Positions 29,601 through 42,990 of a stretch of DNA of 64,000 nt are shown here, piece by piece. Each line of letters begins with the position of its first letter. Position 1 is the stretch's first letter. A program made the translations under genes and the position numbers. This DNA is from the human T2T-CHM13v2.0 reference genome, Homo sapiens, in the NCBI RefSeq assembly GCF_009914755.1, contig NC_060927.1. One strand, 5' to 3'. The notes under the pieces were generated by a model that worked only from the letters and a program-made list of their open reading frames with translations, had not been told where the DNA came from and did not search any database.

Positions 29601-30116
29601 ATTGAAGTAAATTTTTTAGTTTCTGAAGTTCAATTTGGTTCTTTCTTTATATGACTATTTAATCTTTCAGCCCTTGGATTGTCTTATTGGATTCCTTGCA
29701 TTCGATTTCAACTTTCTTTTTGATCCCATTGAGCCATTGAGCTATTTTGGCATACAGATTCTGAATTCTATGCCCATCATTTCAGTCATCTTACTCTGGC
29801 TAAGAACTGTATTTGGGAGACTAGTGTTTATATTTGTAGGTAAGGAGGCACACTGGCTTTTGGAGTTGTGAGTTGTTGTGCTGATTCTTTCTCATGTGTA
29901 AGAGCTATCATTCTTCTAACTATGATGTAGGTTGAATATAGTCAGTTGGCTTCATTTCTGGGTGTTTTCAGAGGGTCAGCACTGTACAAAATGTTTATTT
30001 GTGGCTGGATCTTTGCGTTAGTTTTCACAGGCAATGCATACTGGTAAAATATATTGTTGTATTTTGGGCTGCCCTCAGTAGGTGGTGCTTAAGAGTGTTA
30101 GCTGGCAGATAGGCTA
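26683..30116 (-). mobile_element. Second L1 (older primate L1P4/L1PA13-17-like): mid-ORF2, ORF1 and part of 5'UTR, no 3' end
   Basis: ORF2 relics (ORF 28063-28248 WKLNNLL..YQYLWD), short inter-ORF spacer unlike the host L1MA; subfamily tentative. Confidence 0.75.
26746..27173 (-). mobile_element. MSTA/MSTB MaLR solo LTR
   Basis: tgtattag...gtatca ends; 5-bp TSD tcttt. Confidence 0.9.
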
Positions 30117-30484
30117 TGATATGGTTTGGATTTGTGTTCCCACCCAAATCTCATGTTAAATTGGAGGAGGGACCTGGTGGGAGGTGATTGGATCATGGGG
30201 TGGAATTCCCCCTTGCTGTTCTCGTGATAGTGAGTGAATTCTCTTGAGATCTGATGGGTTTAAAATATATGGTGCTTCCCCCTTATCTCTTTTTCTCTCC
30301 TGCCACCATGGTAAGATGTGCTTGCTTCCCCTTCATCCTTCCACCATTATTGTAAGTTTCCTGAGGCCTCCCAGCCATGCTTCCTGTTAAGTCTGCAGAA
30401 CTGTGAGTCAATTAAACCTCTTTTCTTCATAAATTTCCCAGTCTCTGGTAGTTCTTTCTAGTAGTGTGAAAACAGACTAATATA
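30117..30484 (+). mobile_element. MSTA/THE1D-type 5' LTR
   Basis: tgatatggtttggatttgtg...gaactgtgagtcaattaaacc...gactaatata. Confidence 0.9.
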
Positions 30485-31364
30485 GAGAACTGGTACCAGG
30501 ATTGTGCAGCTATGAAGATACCTGAAAATGTGGAATCAACTTGGAATTGCATAATGGGCAGAGATTGGAACAGTTCCAAGGGCTCAGAAGAATAAAAGAA
30601 GATGTGAGAAAATTTAGAACTTCCTAGAAACTTGTTTAATTGTTTTGACCAAAATGCTGATAGTGATATGGACAATTAAGTCCAGGCTGAGGTAGTCTTA
30701 GATGGAGATGAGGAACTTTTCAAGAACTAAATTAAAGGTCACTTTTGTTATGCTTTAGTAAAGTGACTGGTGACGTTTTGCCCCTGCCTGAGAGATCTGT
30801 GGAACTTTGGACTTCAGAGAGATGACTTGGGGTATCTGGCAGAAGAAATTTCTAAGCAGCAAAGCATTCAAGAAGTGACCTGGCTGTTTCTAAAAGTGAA
30901 CACTCATATGTATGAACAAAGAGGTTATCTGAAACTGGAACTTACATTTAAAAGGGAAGCAGAATTTAAAAGTTTGGAAAATTTGCAAGCTGACCATATG
31001 GTAAAAAAGAAAAACCCATTTTCTGAAGAGAAATACAAGCCAGTTGCAGAAACTTGCATAAGTAAAGAAGACCCAAATGTTAATAGCTGAGACAGTGGGG
31101 AAAATGTCTCCAGGGCATGTCAGAGACCTTCACAGCACTCCTCCATTCACAGGCCTGGAGACCTAGGAGGGAAAAATGGCTTTGTGGGCTGGGCCCAGAG
31201 TTCTGCTGCTCTGTGCAGCCTTGGGACTTGGCATGCTGCATCCCAGCTGCTCCAACTCCAGCTGTGGCTAAAAGGGGCCAACATACAGCTCAGGCTGTTG
31301 CTTCAGAGAATGCAAGCCCCAAGCTTTGGTGGCTTCCACATGGTGATGGGCCTGAGGGTGCACA
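30485..31364 (+). mobile_element. MaLR internal region (MST/THE1-int), truncated, no 3' LTR
   Basis: gagaactggtacc after the LTR; MaLR-int ORF relic 30770-31090 (DLGYLAEEISKQQSIQEVTW). Confidence 0.88.
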
Positions 31365-32519
31365 TTTTTCAACTTTAGAAATTCTGTTTTATTCCTTTTG
31401 ATTATTTCCCTCTATTTGATAAATGTAGCTAATAGGATTCTGAATTCCTATTTACTGTTATCTATAATTTTGTTGAACTTCCTCAGAACAGCTATTTGAA
31501 ATTTTCTGTCTGAAAGGTGACATATCTCTTTTCTTTCCATGATTGGTCCCTGGTGCCTTTTTTAGTTCATTTGGTGAGGTCATGTTTTCCTGGATAGTCC
31601 TGAGGCTTGTGGATATCTGTCAGCTTCTGGATATTGAAGACTTAAATATTTATTATAATATTCTTGGACTGGGCTTCTATGCACCTGTCCTTCTTGGGAA
31701 GACTTTCCAGATACTCGAAGGGATTTGGGTGTTATAATCTAAGTTTTTGCTCTCTCCAGCCATATCTGCATTAGGGAGCACTCCAAGCTCAGTAACACTG
31801 TGGCTCTTGCAGACTCACAGAGGTACTGCCTTGGTGGTCTTGGATGACATCTGGAAGAGTTTTCTGGATTATGAGTTAGAGACTCTTGTTCTGTTCCCTT
31901 ACATTACCCCAAACAAACAGTCTCTCTTTTTGTGCTGAGCTGGCTGGAGTTGAGAAAGGGGTGACACAAACACCCCTGTGGTCACTACCATTGAGGCTGT
32001 ACTGGGTCAGACTTGAAGCCAGCATAGCACTGGGTTTTGCCCAAGGCTTACAATGACCACTGTCTGGTCACTGCCTATGTTCACTCAAGGCCCTAGGCCT
32101 CTACAATCAGCAGATGGCAAAGCAAGCCAGGTCTGTGTCTTTCCTTTCTGGTTGGCAAGTTACCTGAGCCCCAGAGGGGGCCCAGAGTTGTTGTCTGGGA
32201 GCCAGGGGTGGAGTTGAAAACCCTAGGAATCTATCTACTGCTGTATTCTACTCTGGATGAGCTGGCACCAGAGCCACAAGATGAAGTCTTTCCCTCGCTT
32301 TTTTCCACTTTCCACAAGCAGAGGAGTCTCTCTCTGTGGCCACCACAGTTGGGAGTGTGCTGGATAACACCTGAAGCCAACATGTTCCTGAGTCTCACAA
32401 AAGGCCCATGATGAGTACTGCTTGTGTATCACTGCTGCTATTTAGAGCCCAAATGCTCTTTAGTCAGTAGGTGATGAATCTTTCCATGATTGAGTCTTTC
32501 TCTTCAGGTCAGTGGGTTT

Positions 32520-32909
32520 GTTTTATTTATTTATTTTATTTTTTAATAATTTTTTTTATTTCAATTGGTTTTTGAGGAACAGGTGGTGTTTGGTTACATG
32601 AATAAGTTCTTTAGCAGTGATTTCTGAGATTTTGGTGCACTCATCACTCAAGTAGTGTACACTGTACCCAATGTATAGTCTTTTATTCCTTGCCACCCCC
32701 CATCACCCCCTACCCTTTCCCTGGGATCCCCAAAGCCCAATGTATCAATCTTATACCTTTGCATCCTCATAGCTTAGCTCCCACATATGAGTAAGAACAT
32801 ATGATGTTTGTTTTTCCATTCCTGAGTTAATTCACTTAGAAAAATAGTCTCCAGTCAAGTAGCTGTGAATGCAATTATTTTGTTCCTTTTTTCTTTTGAT
32901 ATTTCATGG

Positions 32910-32949
<40 letters not shown>

Positions 32950-35900
32950 GCTCACATTTTCTTTATCCACTCATTGATTGATGGGCATTTGGCTGGTTCC
33001 ATATTTTTGCAATTGCAAATTGTGCTGCTATAAACATGCCTGTGCAAGTATAATGATTTTTTTTCCTCTGGGCAGATACCTAGTAGTGAGATTGTTGATC
33101 AAATGGCATATTTACTTTTAGGTCTTTAAGGAATCTCCACACTGTTTTCCATAGTGGTTGTACTAGTGTACATTCCCACCAACAGTGTAAAAGTGTTCCC
33201 TTTTCACCACATCCATGACAACATCTATGATTTTTTTTATTATGACCTTTCTTGCAAGAGTGAGGTGATACTGCATTGTGATTTTGATTTGCATTTTCCT
33301 GATAATTAGTGATGGTGAGCGTTTTTTCATATGCTTGTTGACTATTTGTGTATCTTCTTTTAAGAATTGTCTATTCATGTCTTTGCCCATTTTTTGATGG
33401 GATTTTTTTTTTCTCATTTGTTCATTGTAGATTCTGGGTATTAGTCCTTTGTCAGATGTATAGACTAAAGATTTTCTCCCATTCTGTGGGTTGTCTGTTA
33501 GCTCTGCTAATTATTTCTTTTGCTGTGCAGAAGCTTTTTAGTTTAATTAAGTTATATCTATTTATCTTTTTTGTTTGCATTTGCTTTTGGGTGCGTGGTC
33601 ATCTATTTATCTTTTGTTTGGTTGCATTTGTTTATGGGTTCTTGGTCATGAAGTCTTTGACTAAGCCAGTGTCTAGAAGGGTTTCTCTGACGTTTTCTCC
33701 TGGAATCTTTATGGTTTCACGCCTTAGATTTAAGTCTTTGATTCATCTTGAGTTGATTTTTGCCTAAGCTGAGAGATGAGGATCCAGTTTCATTCTTCTA
33801 CATGTGGCTTGTCAGTTGTCCCATCACCATTGTTTGAATAGGGTGTCCTTTTGCTACTTTTATGTTTTTGTTTGTTTTGTGGAAGATCAGTTGACTGTAA
33901 CTATTTGGCTTTATTTCTGGGTTCTCTATTCTGTTCCATTGGTGTATGTGCCGATTTTTATACCAGTACCATGCTATTTTGGTGACTATGGCTTTATAGT
34001 TGGAAGTTGGGTAATGTGATGCCTCCAGATTTGTTCTTTTTGCTTAGTCTTTCTCGGGGTATGTGGGCTGTCTTTTGGTTCCATATGAATTTTAAGATCA
34101 TTTTTTCTACTTCTGTGAAGAGAGATGGTGGTATTTTGATGGGAATTGCATGGAATTTGTAGATTGCTTTTGGCAGTATGGTCATTTTCACAATATTGAT
34201 TCTACCCATCCATGAGCATGGGATATGTTTCCATCTGTTTGTGTTGTCTATTATTTCTTTCAGCAGTGTTTTGTGGTTTTCCCTGTAGAGATCTTTCACG
34301 TTTTTTGTTAGGTATATTCCTAAGTATTTTATTTTATTTTTTTTGCAACTATTGTGAAAGGGGTTAAGTTCTTGATTTGATTCTCAGCTTGGTCACTGTT
34401 GGTGTATAGCAGAGCAACTGATTTGTGTACTTTAATTTTGTATCCTGAAAGTTTGATGAATTCATTTATCGGTTCTAGGAGCTTTTGGATGGGTCTTTAA
34501 GGTTTTCTAGGTACATGATCATATCCTCAGTAAACAGTGACAGTTTGACTTCCTCTTTACTGATTTGGATGCCCTTTACTTCTTCCTCTTGTCTGATTGC
34601 TCTGGCTAGGACTTCCAATGCTATGTTGAATAGAAGTGGTGAAAGTGGGCATCCTTGTCTTGTTCCAGTTTTCAGGGGACATGCTTTCAACGTTTACCAA
34701 TTCAGTATAACGTTGGCTGTGGGTTTGTTGTAGATGGCTCTTATTACCTTAAGATATGTCCCTTCTATGCGGATCTTGCTGAGGGTTTTGATCATAAAGG
34801 GGTGCTGTATTCTGCCAAATGCTTTTTCTGCATCTATTGAGATGATCATGTGATTTTTGATTTAATTCTGTTTATGTGGTGTGTCACATTTATTGACTTA
34901 CATATATAGTAAACCATCCCTGCATCCCCAGTATGAAACCCACTATATCATGGTGGATTATCTTTTTGATATGCTGTTGGATTAGGTTTGCTAGTATTTT
35001 ATTGAAGATTTTTGCATCTATGTTCATCAGGTATATTGGTCTGTAGTTTTCTCTTTTAGATCTGTCCTTCCCTGGTTTTGGTATTAGGGTGATGCTGGCT
35101 TCATAGAATAATTTAGGAAGGAGTCTCTATCTTTCTCTATCTTGTGGAATAGTGTCAATAGGATTAGCCCCAATTTTTCTTTTAATGTCTGATAGGATTC
35201 AGCTGTGAATTGATCTGGTCCTGGACTTTTTCTTGTTGGCAATTTTTTTTATTACCATTTCAATCCTGCTGCTTGTTACTGGTCTGTTCAGAGATTCTAT
35301 GTCTTCCTGGTTTAATCTAGAAGGGCTGTATATTTCCAGGAATTTAACCACCTCCTCTAGGTTTTCTAGTTTATGTATGTAAAAGTGTTCGTAGTAGCCT
35401 TGCATAATCTTTTATATTTCTGTGGTATCCATTGTAATATCTTCCATTTCATTTCTAATTGAGCTTATTTGGATCTTCTCTCTTTTTTTCTTGGTTAATC
35501 TTCCCAATGGTTAATCAACATTATTTTATTTTTAAAAATAACCAGCTTTTTGCTTCATTTATCTTTTGTGGTTTTTGTTTTTTTTGTTTGTTTGTTTGTT
35601 TGTTTCAGTTTCATTTAGTTCTGCTGTTATTTTTGATTTTTTTTTCTTCCACTGGGTTTGGGTTTGGATTGTTTTTGTTTCTCCAATTCTGTGAGGTGTG
35701 ACCTTAGATTGTCTATTTGTGCTGTTTCAGACTTATTGATATAAGCATTCAATCATTCAATGCTATGAAATGTCCTCTTAGCACTGTTTTTGCTGTATCC
35801 CAGTTTTGACAGGTTGTGTCAGTATTATCATTCAGTTCAAATGATTTTTTAATTTCATCTTGATTTCATTGTTGACCCAATGATCATTCAAAAGCAGGTT

Positions 35901-38819
35901 TTTAAATTTCCATTTATTTGCATGGTTTTAAGGGTTTCTTTCAGAGTTGATTTCCAATTTTATTCCACTGTGGTCTGAGATAGTACTTAATATAATTTCA
36001 TTTTCTTAAATTTACTGAGACTTGTTTTGTGGCCTATCATATGGTCTATCTTGGAGAATGTTCCATGTGCTGATGAATAGAATGTATATTTTGCAGTTGT
36101 GGGGTAGAATGTTCTGCAAATATCTGTTAAGTCCATTTGTTGTAGGGTATAGTTTAAGACCATTCTTTCTTTGTTGACTCTATCTTGATGACTTGTCTAG
36201 TGCTGTCAGTGCAGTATTAAAGTCCCACACTATTATTGTGTTACCATCTATCTCATTTCTTAGGTCTACTAGTAATTACTTTATAAATTTTGGAACTCCA
36301 GTGTTAGGTGCATATATGTTTAGTATTGTGATATTTTCCTGTTGGACTAGTCCTTTTATCATTATATAATGTCCCTGTTTGTCTTTTTTTACTGCTGTTG
36401 CTTCAAAGTTTGTTTTGTCTGATATAAAAATAGCTACTCCTGCTCATTTTTGGTGTCCATTTTCATGGAATATCTTTTCCACAACTTTACCTTAAGTCTA
36501 TTTAAGTCCTTATGTGTTAGATGAGTCTCCTGAAGACAGCGGAATCTTGGTTGGAGAATTCTTATCCATTCTGCCGTTCTGTATGTTTTAAGTGGAGCAT
36601 TTAGGCCATTGACATTCAATGTTATTATTGAGATGAGATGTGAGGTACTATTCTATTCATCATGCTATTTGTAACCTGAATAACTCATTTTTTTCAATGT
36701 GTTATTGTTATATAGGTCCTGTGAGATTTGTACTTTAAAGAGGATCTATTTTGGTATATTTCAAGGATTTGTTTCAAGATTTAGAGCTCCTTTTAGCAGT
36801 TCTTGTAGTGCTGGGTTGGTAGTGGTGAATTCTTTGTTAGTCTGAAAAAGATTTTATCTTTCCTTCATTTACGAAGCTTAGTTTTGCTGGATACAAGATT
36901 CTTGGCTGATAATTGTTTTGTTTAAGGAAGCTAGAAATAGGACCCCAATCCTTTCTAGCTTGTATGGTTTCTGTGAGAATTTTGCTGTTAATCCGATAGG
37001 TTTTCCTTTATAGGTTACCTGATGCTTTTGACTCACAGCTTTTAAGATTATTTCCTTCATCTTGACTTCAGATAACCTGATGACTATGTCCCTAGGGGAT
37101 GATCTTTTAGTGATGAATTTCCCAGGTATTCTTTGAACTTCTTGTATTTGGATGTCTAGATCTCCGGCAAGGCCAGGGAAGTTTTCCTTGATTATTCCCT
37201 GAAATATATTTTCCAAACTTTTAGATTTCTCTTCTTCTTTGGGAACACCATTTATTGTTAGGTTTGGATGTTTAACATAGTCCTAAACTTTTTGGAAGCT
37301 TGGTTTATTTTTTAAAATTCTTTTTTTCTTTGTCTATGATGGATTGGGTTAATTCAACAGCCTTGCCTTCAAGCTCTAAGGTCTTTTCTTCCTCTTGTTT
37401 AATTCTATTGCTGAGACATTCCAGTGCATTTTGCATTTCTCTAAGTGTGTCCTTGATTTCCAGAAATTGTGATTGCTTTTTGTTTATGCTATTTATTTCA
37501 CTGAAGAATTTTCCTTTCATATCCTGTATCGTGTTTTTGATTTCTTTAAGTTGGATTTCACCTTTCTCTGGTACCTCCTGATTAGCTTAATAATTGACTT
37601 CTGAATTCTTTTTCTGGCAATTCAGAGATTTTGTCTTGGTTTGGATCCATTACCAGTGAGCTGGTATGATCTTTTGAAGGGACTAAAGCAACTTTTTTTG
37701 TCATATTACCAGAATTGTTTTACTGGTTCCTTCACAGCTGGGTAGACTATGTCAGAGGGAAGGTATGGGATTCAAGCACTGCTGTTCAGATTTTTTTGTC
37801 CCATGGGGTGCTCCATTGATGTGGTGTTTTCCCCCTTCTCCTAGGAATGGGGCTTCCTGAGAGCCAAACTGTATAGATTGCTTTTGGTCTTCTGAATTGA
37901 GCCACCCAGAAGAGCTAGTGGGCTCTGGGCTGGTAGTGGGGAGTGTCTGCAGAGTCCTGTGATGTGATTCATCTTCAGGTCTTGCATCTGTGGATGCCAG
38001 CACTTGCTCCAGTGGAGGTAGCAGGGGAGTGAAGTTGACTCTGTGAGGGCCCTTGTTTGTATTTTTGTTTAGCACACTGGTTTTGTGTTCTTTGGCCTCC
38101 AGCAAGGTGGTGGCACTTTCAAGAGTGCATCGGCTTCAGTCCTACAGGGAGGAGGAAGCAAACTCACCCTAGGGACACCTGGGTAAGTATTCAGGTTTCT
38201 CAGGCAGTGGGCAGGGCCATAGACCTCCCAAGAGATTATGAACTTTGTTTTTAGCTACCAGGACAGATAGAGAAAGACCACCAGGTGGGGGCAGGGATAG
38301 GCATTTCTGAGCTCAGCCTTAGCTTGGGCAGGGCTTGCTGCAGCTGCTGTTGGGGTTGGGGGTGTGGTTCCCAGTCCAATGGAATTATATTCCCAGAGGG
38401 ATTTATGGCTGCATCTGCTGGGTCATACAGGTCACCATGGAAATGGGGGAAAGCTGGCAGTCACAGGCCTCATCCCATTCCCACACAGCCTGCAGTCCTT
38501 AAGGCTGGTCTCACTCCTCTCATCTTCCCCAACAGTACCAATTCTATTTCCAGGAAGCTGGTGACCAGGGCTGAGAGCTTGCCCCAGACCACGAGCCTCC
38601 CCATTGTGAAAGCAAGCAGACTCCCAGTTTTCCAGCATCTCAGGGAGCTGCAGCAGTGATCCAGTTTCTTTAAAGGGTTTGTGGATTCTCTCGGCACTCC
38701 TGGTATGTTCCTGCAATAGTTCATGGAGCAAAAGTTCGTAATGTGAGTCTCCACATGCTGCCCTTTCTGTCCAAGTTGGGGAAGCAAGCTAGTCCCGCTT
38801 CCCATCCATCATCTTAATC
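32520..38819 (-). mobile_element. Full-length L1PB1-type LINE-1 (~6.3 kb, ORFs disrupted) nested in the L1MA 5'UTR
   Basis: 3'UTR ggaacaggtggtgtttggttacatgaataagttc; ORF2 relics ([15 protein letters not shown]; MNVNGLNAP); ORF1 relics 36878-37520; TSD gtcagtgggttt at 32508 and 38823. Confidence 0.92.
32910..32949. repeat. (TA)/(CA)13 microsatellite in L1PB1
   Basis: Read directly. Confidence 0.9.
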
Positions 38820-40121
38820 CAAGTCAGTGGGTTTCTTTCTAGCCCAGGGTGTTTGTAGAAATGTCATCCAAGAACTAGGGCTTGGAATGTTAGAGTCTAT
38901 CCCAGAGCTATGACCTATGCTCCCTGGGGTTGGGGTAAGAGTGATGCAGGCTCTCCCTTGGCCACTCCAGCTGATGTTTTACTAGGTCACATGCCCCTCA
39001 AGTCCACTAGCTCTGAGCCCAGCACCGCAACAGGTTTTGCCCAGGAAATTTTTGTCCTTGTGGACTGGACTGTCTTTCAAGTTTATTTAGAACCCCAGAG
39101 CACTTTAGCCTGTGGTGGCAAGGCTTGCCAGAACTCTGGTTCTGCCCACTGAGATGGGTGATTCTCTCTGGCTAGGAATGGTCTAAATGTTCCCTCTGTG
39201 GGCACCAGGTGAGTTTTGCCTGGTGTTGCTTTCACTGTGACAGGGCAGCACTGAGTTCCAATGCAAAGTCCCACAATCACTGTGCTCTCCTTCCCCTAAG
39301 TGCACAGATTCTCTCTCAGTAATATGTGGCCACTGCCACAGGAAGGGAGAGGGTTGGCTTTGGCAATTCAAGACTGTCTTTCCCATCCTCTGTAGTGCCT
39401 CTTTCTGTGATATAAAGTTAAAACTAGGTACTGTGATCATGAACCTGATTTTTTGTTCCTGTGAGGATGTCTTTTCGTGTGGATAGTTGTCCAGTTCGGT
39501 GTTCTTGCAGGGAAAATGATGGGTGAAGGCTTATATTTGGCCATTTTGGAAAACAGAGTTTTAAATGTGATATTTGACTCCTTCACCTTCTCAAGATTGA
39601 TGTATCTTCCAATCTGCTTTGTACTTTTCAGATTTCCATTTATCTTTTTTTTAAAAAAAGTTAAAGCAAATTTTAACAGGAAATAGCTTATAAAAATGGA
39701 GAAATTTATAATGAGTTGCCATTGTATATGAGAACTTCCTAAAGCTGAACTGAATTTCAGGGAAATACAATTCCTTAAGAAGGTAGTTAAAATTTCAGGC
39801 CCTCTTTGATCAACAATTTGTGCCTCTGTTATGCTCTGTAGTTATTGAAAACCAAGAGCAAGTTTTCCTAATATACTAGCTACGATTTCAGAAAACTGTC
39901 AATCTCATCATGTTTTTATTATGGGAAGGGATCTTAATTGCAACAGAATTTTTAAAAGAAATAGACAGGAGCCATATGGAACTTTATCCATTTTCTGCCA
40001 AGAAATTGTCTTCTATTGCAAAAGCTATAGACATCTAAGATACATAGAGGAATTTAATCCTTTACATACAATGATGCATTTGCTTGAGTGACATTGATTG
40101 GAAGTATAGAATGAGATTTTT

Positions 40122-40452
<331 letters not shown>

Positions 40453-40983
40453 TGAGATTTTTATTTTTAAGAAATTATTTAAATGTTATGGTTGTGAATT
40501 GAGTTATCCCAAGTGGATTTTTCTGATCATTGGATTTCTAATTTACTTTTATCTAGCTTTAGATTTCCATTCATAAGCACACTTCAAGTTGGCCTCTTAA
40601 TTGTCAACTTTTACAAGATTTTGTGTGCATCTGTGTGGGTGGGGTTGCTTAAACTGGAAAAAGTAGAAGATAATTTATACTTTGAAAGGTATTTGAAACA
40701 TATATGGTTAAGAGTAATAACTTGGTTCCAGTAAGTTATGTTTTTCTGAAATCACAACATGAAACTGAATATTAGCATTAAATAAATCTAAGAATATTAT
40801 TAAATTTCATATGCCAACTTGTGATATGCAAATTATAGATTGCAGAACAGAGGAACAAATGGGTAACAGCTCCATGTAAGATGGTAGTGTTCAATAGTGT
40901 AATAAGACCAGGGAGGAAGGAAACTCTGGGAAGGAGGCTAGGGTTTAGCTCTGAGGAAGACGCATCTTCTCTTGTTAAAAAAT

Positions 40984-41678
40984 ACCAGTTAGAATGGCGA
41001 TCATTCAAAAGTCAGGAAACAACAGGTGCTGGAGAGGATGTGGAGAAATAGGAACACTTTTACACTGTTGGTGGGACTGTAAACTAGTTCAACCATTGTG
41101 GAAGACAGTGTAGTGATTCCTCAAGGATCTAGAAGTAGAAATACCATTTGACCCAACAATCCCATTACTGGGTATATACCCAAAGGATTATAAATCATGC
41201 TGCTATAAAGGCACATGTACACGTATGTTTATTGTGGCACTATTCACAATAGCAAAGACTTGGAACCAACCCAAATCAATGATAGACTGGATTAAGAAAA
41301 TGTGGCACATATACACCATGGAATACTATGCAGCCATAAAAAAGGATGAGTTCATGTCCTTTATAGGGACATCGATGAGCTGGTAACCATCATTCTCAGC
41401 AAACTATTGCAAGAACAAAAAACCAAACACCGCATGTTCTTACTCAGGTGGGAATTGAACAATGAGAACACTTGGACACAGGAAGGGGAACATCACACAC
41501 CAGGGCCTGTTGTGGGGTGGGGGAAGAGGGGAGGGAAAGCATTAGGAGATATACCTAATGTTAATGACGAGTTAATGGGTGCAGCACACCAACATAGCAC
41601 ATGTATACACATGTAACAAACCTGCACGTTGTGCACATGTATCCTAGAACTTAAAGTATAATCAAAAAAATAAATAAA
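40984..41678 (+). mobile_element. L1PA4/PA5 3' fragment
   Basis: accagttagaatggcgatc..; 3'UTR atacctaatgttaatgacgagttaatgg..cctagaacttaaagtataat plus A tail. Confidence 0.9.
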
Positions 41679-41881
41679 CCTAGAAAGGAATCTGAAAAAA
41701 AAAATTCAGGCTGCAAAGAATACACTGAACAATTCACCATCTTTCTCAGAAACAGAACTGACTAGGTGTGGTTTGACCTATTTTATATTTGTCTGTTAAT
41801 TTGTAGTTGTGTCTTTATTTCATTGTGATATAATATACCTCCAGAAAAGTACACCTATCATAATTGCACACAATGGTAAGG

Positions 41882-42990
41882 TGTTGTGGGAAGTCAGGGA
41901 CCCCAAATGGAGGGACTGGCTGAAGCCATGGTGGAAGAACATAAATTGTGAAGATTTCATGGACATTTATTAGATCCCCAAGTTAATACTTTTATAATTT
42001 CTTATGCCTGTCTTTACTGTAATGTCTGAACATAAATTGTGAAGATTTCATGGACACTTATCACTTCCCCATTCAATACCCTTGTGATTTCCTATGCCTG
42101 TCTTTACTTTAATCTCTTAATCCCATCATTTTCGTAAGGTGAGGAGGATGTATGTCGCCTCAGGACCCTGTGATGATTGTGTTAACTGCACAAATTGTTT
42201 GTAGAGCATGTGTGTTTGAACAATATGAAATCTGGGCACCTTGAAAAAAGAACAGGATAACAGCAATGTTCAGGGAACAAGAGAGATAACCTTAAACTCT
42301 GACCGCCGGTGAGCCGGGCAGAACAGAGCCATATTTCTCTTTCTTCAAAAGCAAATGGGAGAAATATTGCTGAATTCTTTTTCTCAGCAAGGAACATCCC
42401 TGAGAAAGGAATGCCTCCCTGAGGTTGGGCCTCTAAAATGGCCCCCTTGGGTGTGGCCGTCTTTTATGGTCAAGCTGTAGGGATGAAATAAGCCCCAGTC
42501 TCCCATAGCGCTCCCAGGCTTACTAGGACGAGGAAATTCCCACCTAATAAATTTTTGGTGAGACCGGTTGTCTGCTCTCAAACACTGTCTCCTAATAGGA
42601 TGTTATCAATGACAATGCATGCCCGAAACTTCATTAGCAATTTTAATTTCGCCCCGGTCCTGTGGTCCTGTGATCTCACCCTGCCTCCATTTGCCTTGTG
42701 ATATTCTATTACCTTGTGAAGCATGTGATCTCTGTGACCCACATCTTATTAGTATACTCCCTCCCATTTGAAAATCACTAATAAAAACTTGCGGTTTTGC
42801 GGCTTGTGAGGCATCACGGAACCTACTGACATGTGATGTCTCCCCCAGACACCCAGCTTTAAAATTTCTCTCTTTTGTACTCTGTCCCTTTGTTTCTCAA
42901 ACTGGCCGATGCTTAGGGAAAATAGAAAAGAACCTACGTGAAATATCGGGGGTGAATTTTGCCCAATATCTGGCTGAATTTCCCCTGATA
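41882..42990 (+). mobile_element. MER11 (B/C-like) solo LTR, HERV-K(HML-8) family
   Basis: tgttgtgggaagtcagggacccc start; internal repeat gaacataaattgtgaagatttcatggaca; AATAAA at ~42780; 6-bp TSD gtaagg (41876-41881, 42991-42996). Confidence 0.93.

Noticed and set aside
30770-31401. 106-aa and 94-aa ORFs as a gene
   Set aside because: Fragments of the MaLR internal ORF relic, truncated
33163-37520. ORFs with RT, endonuclease and ORF1 motifs as an active L1
   Set aside because: Broken into many short frames by stops and frameshifts; dead L1PB1
41936-42110. ~90-bp direct repeat
   Set aside because: Intrinsic subrepeat of the MER11 LTR
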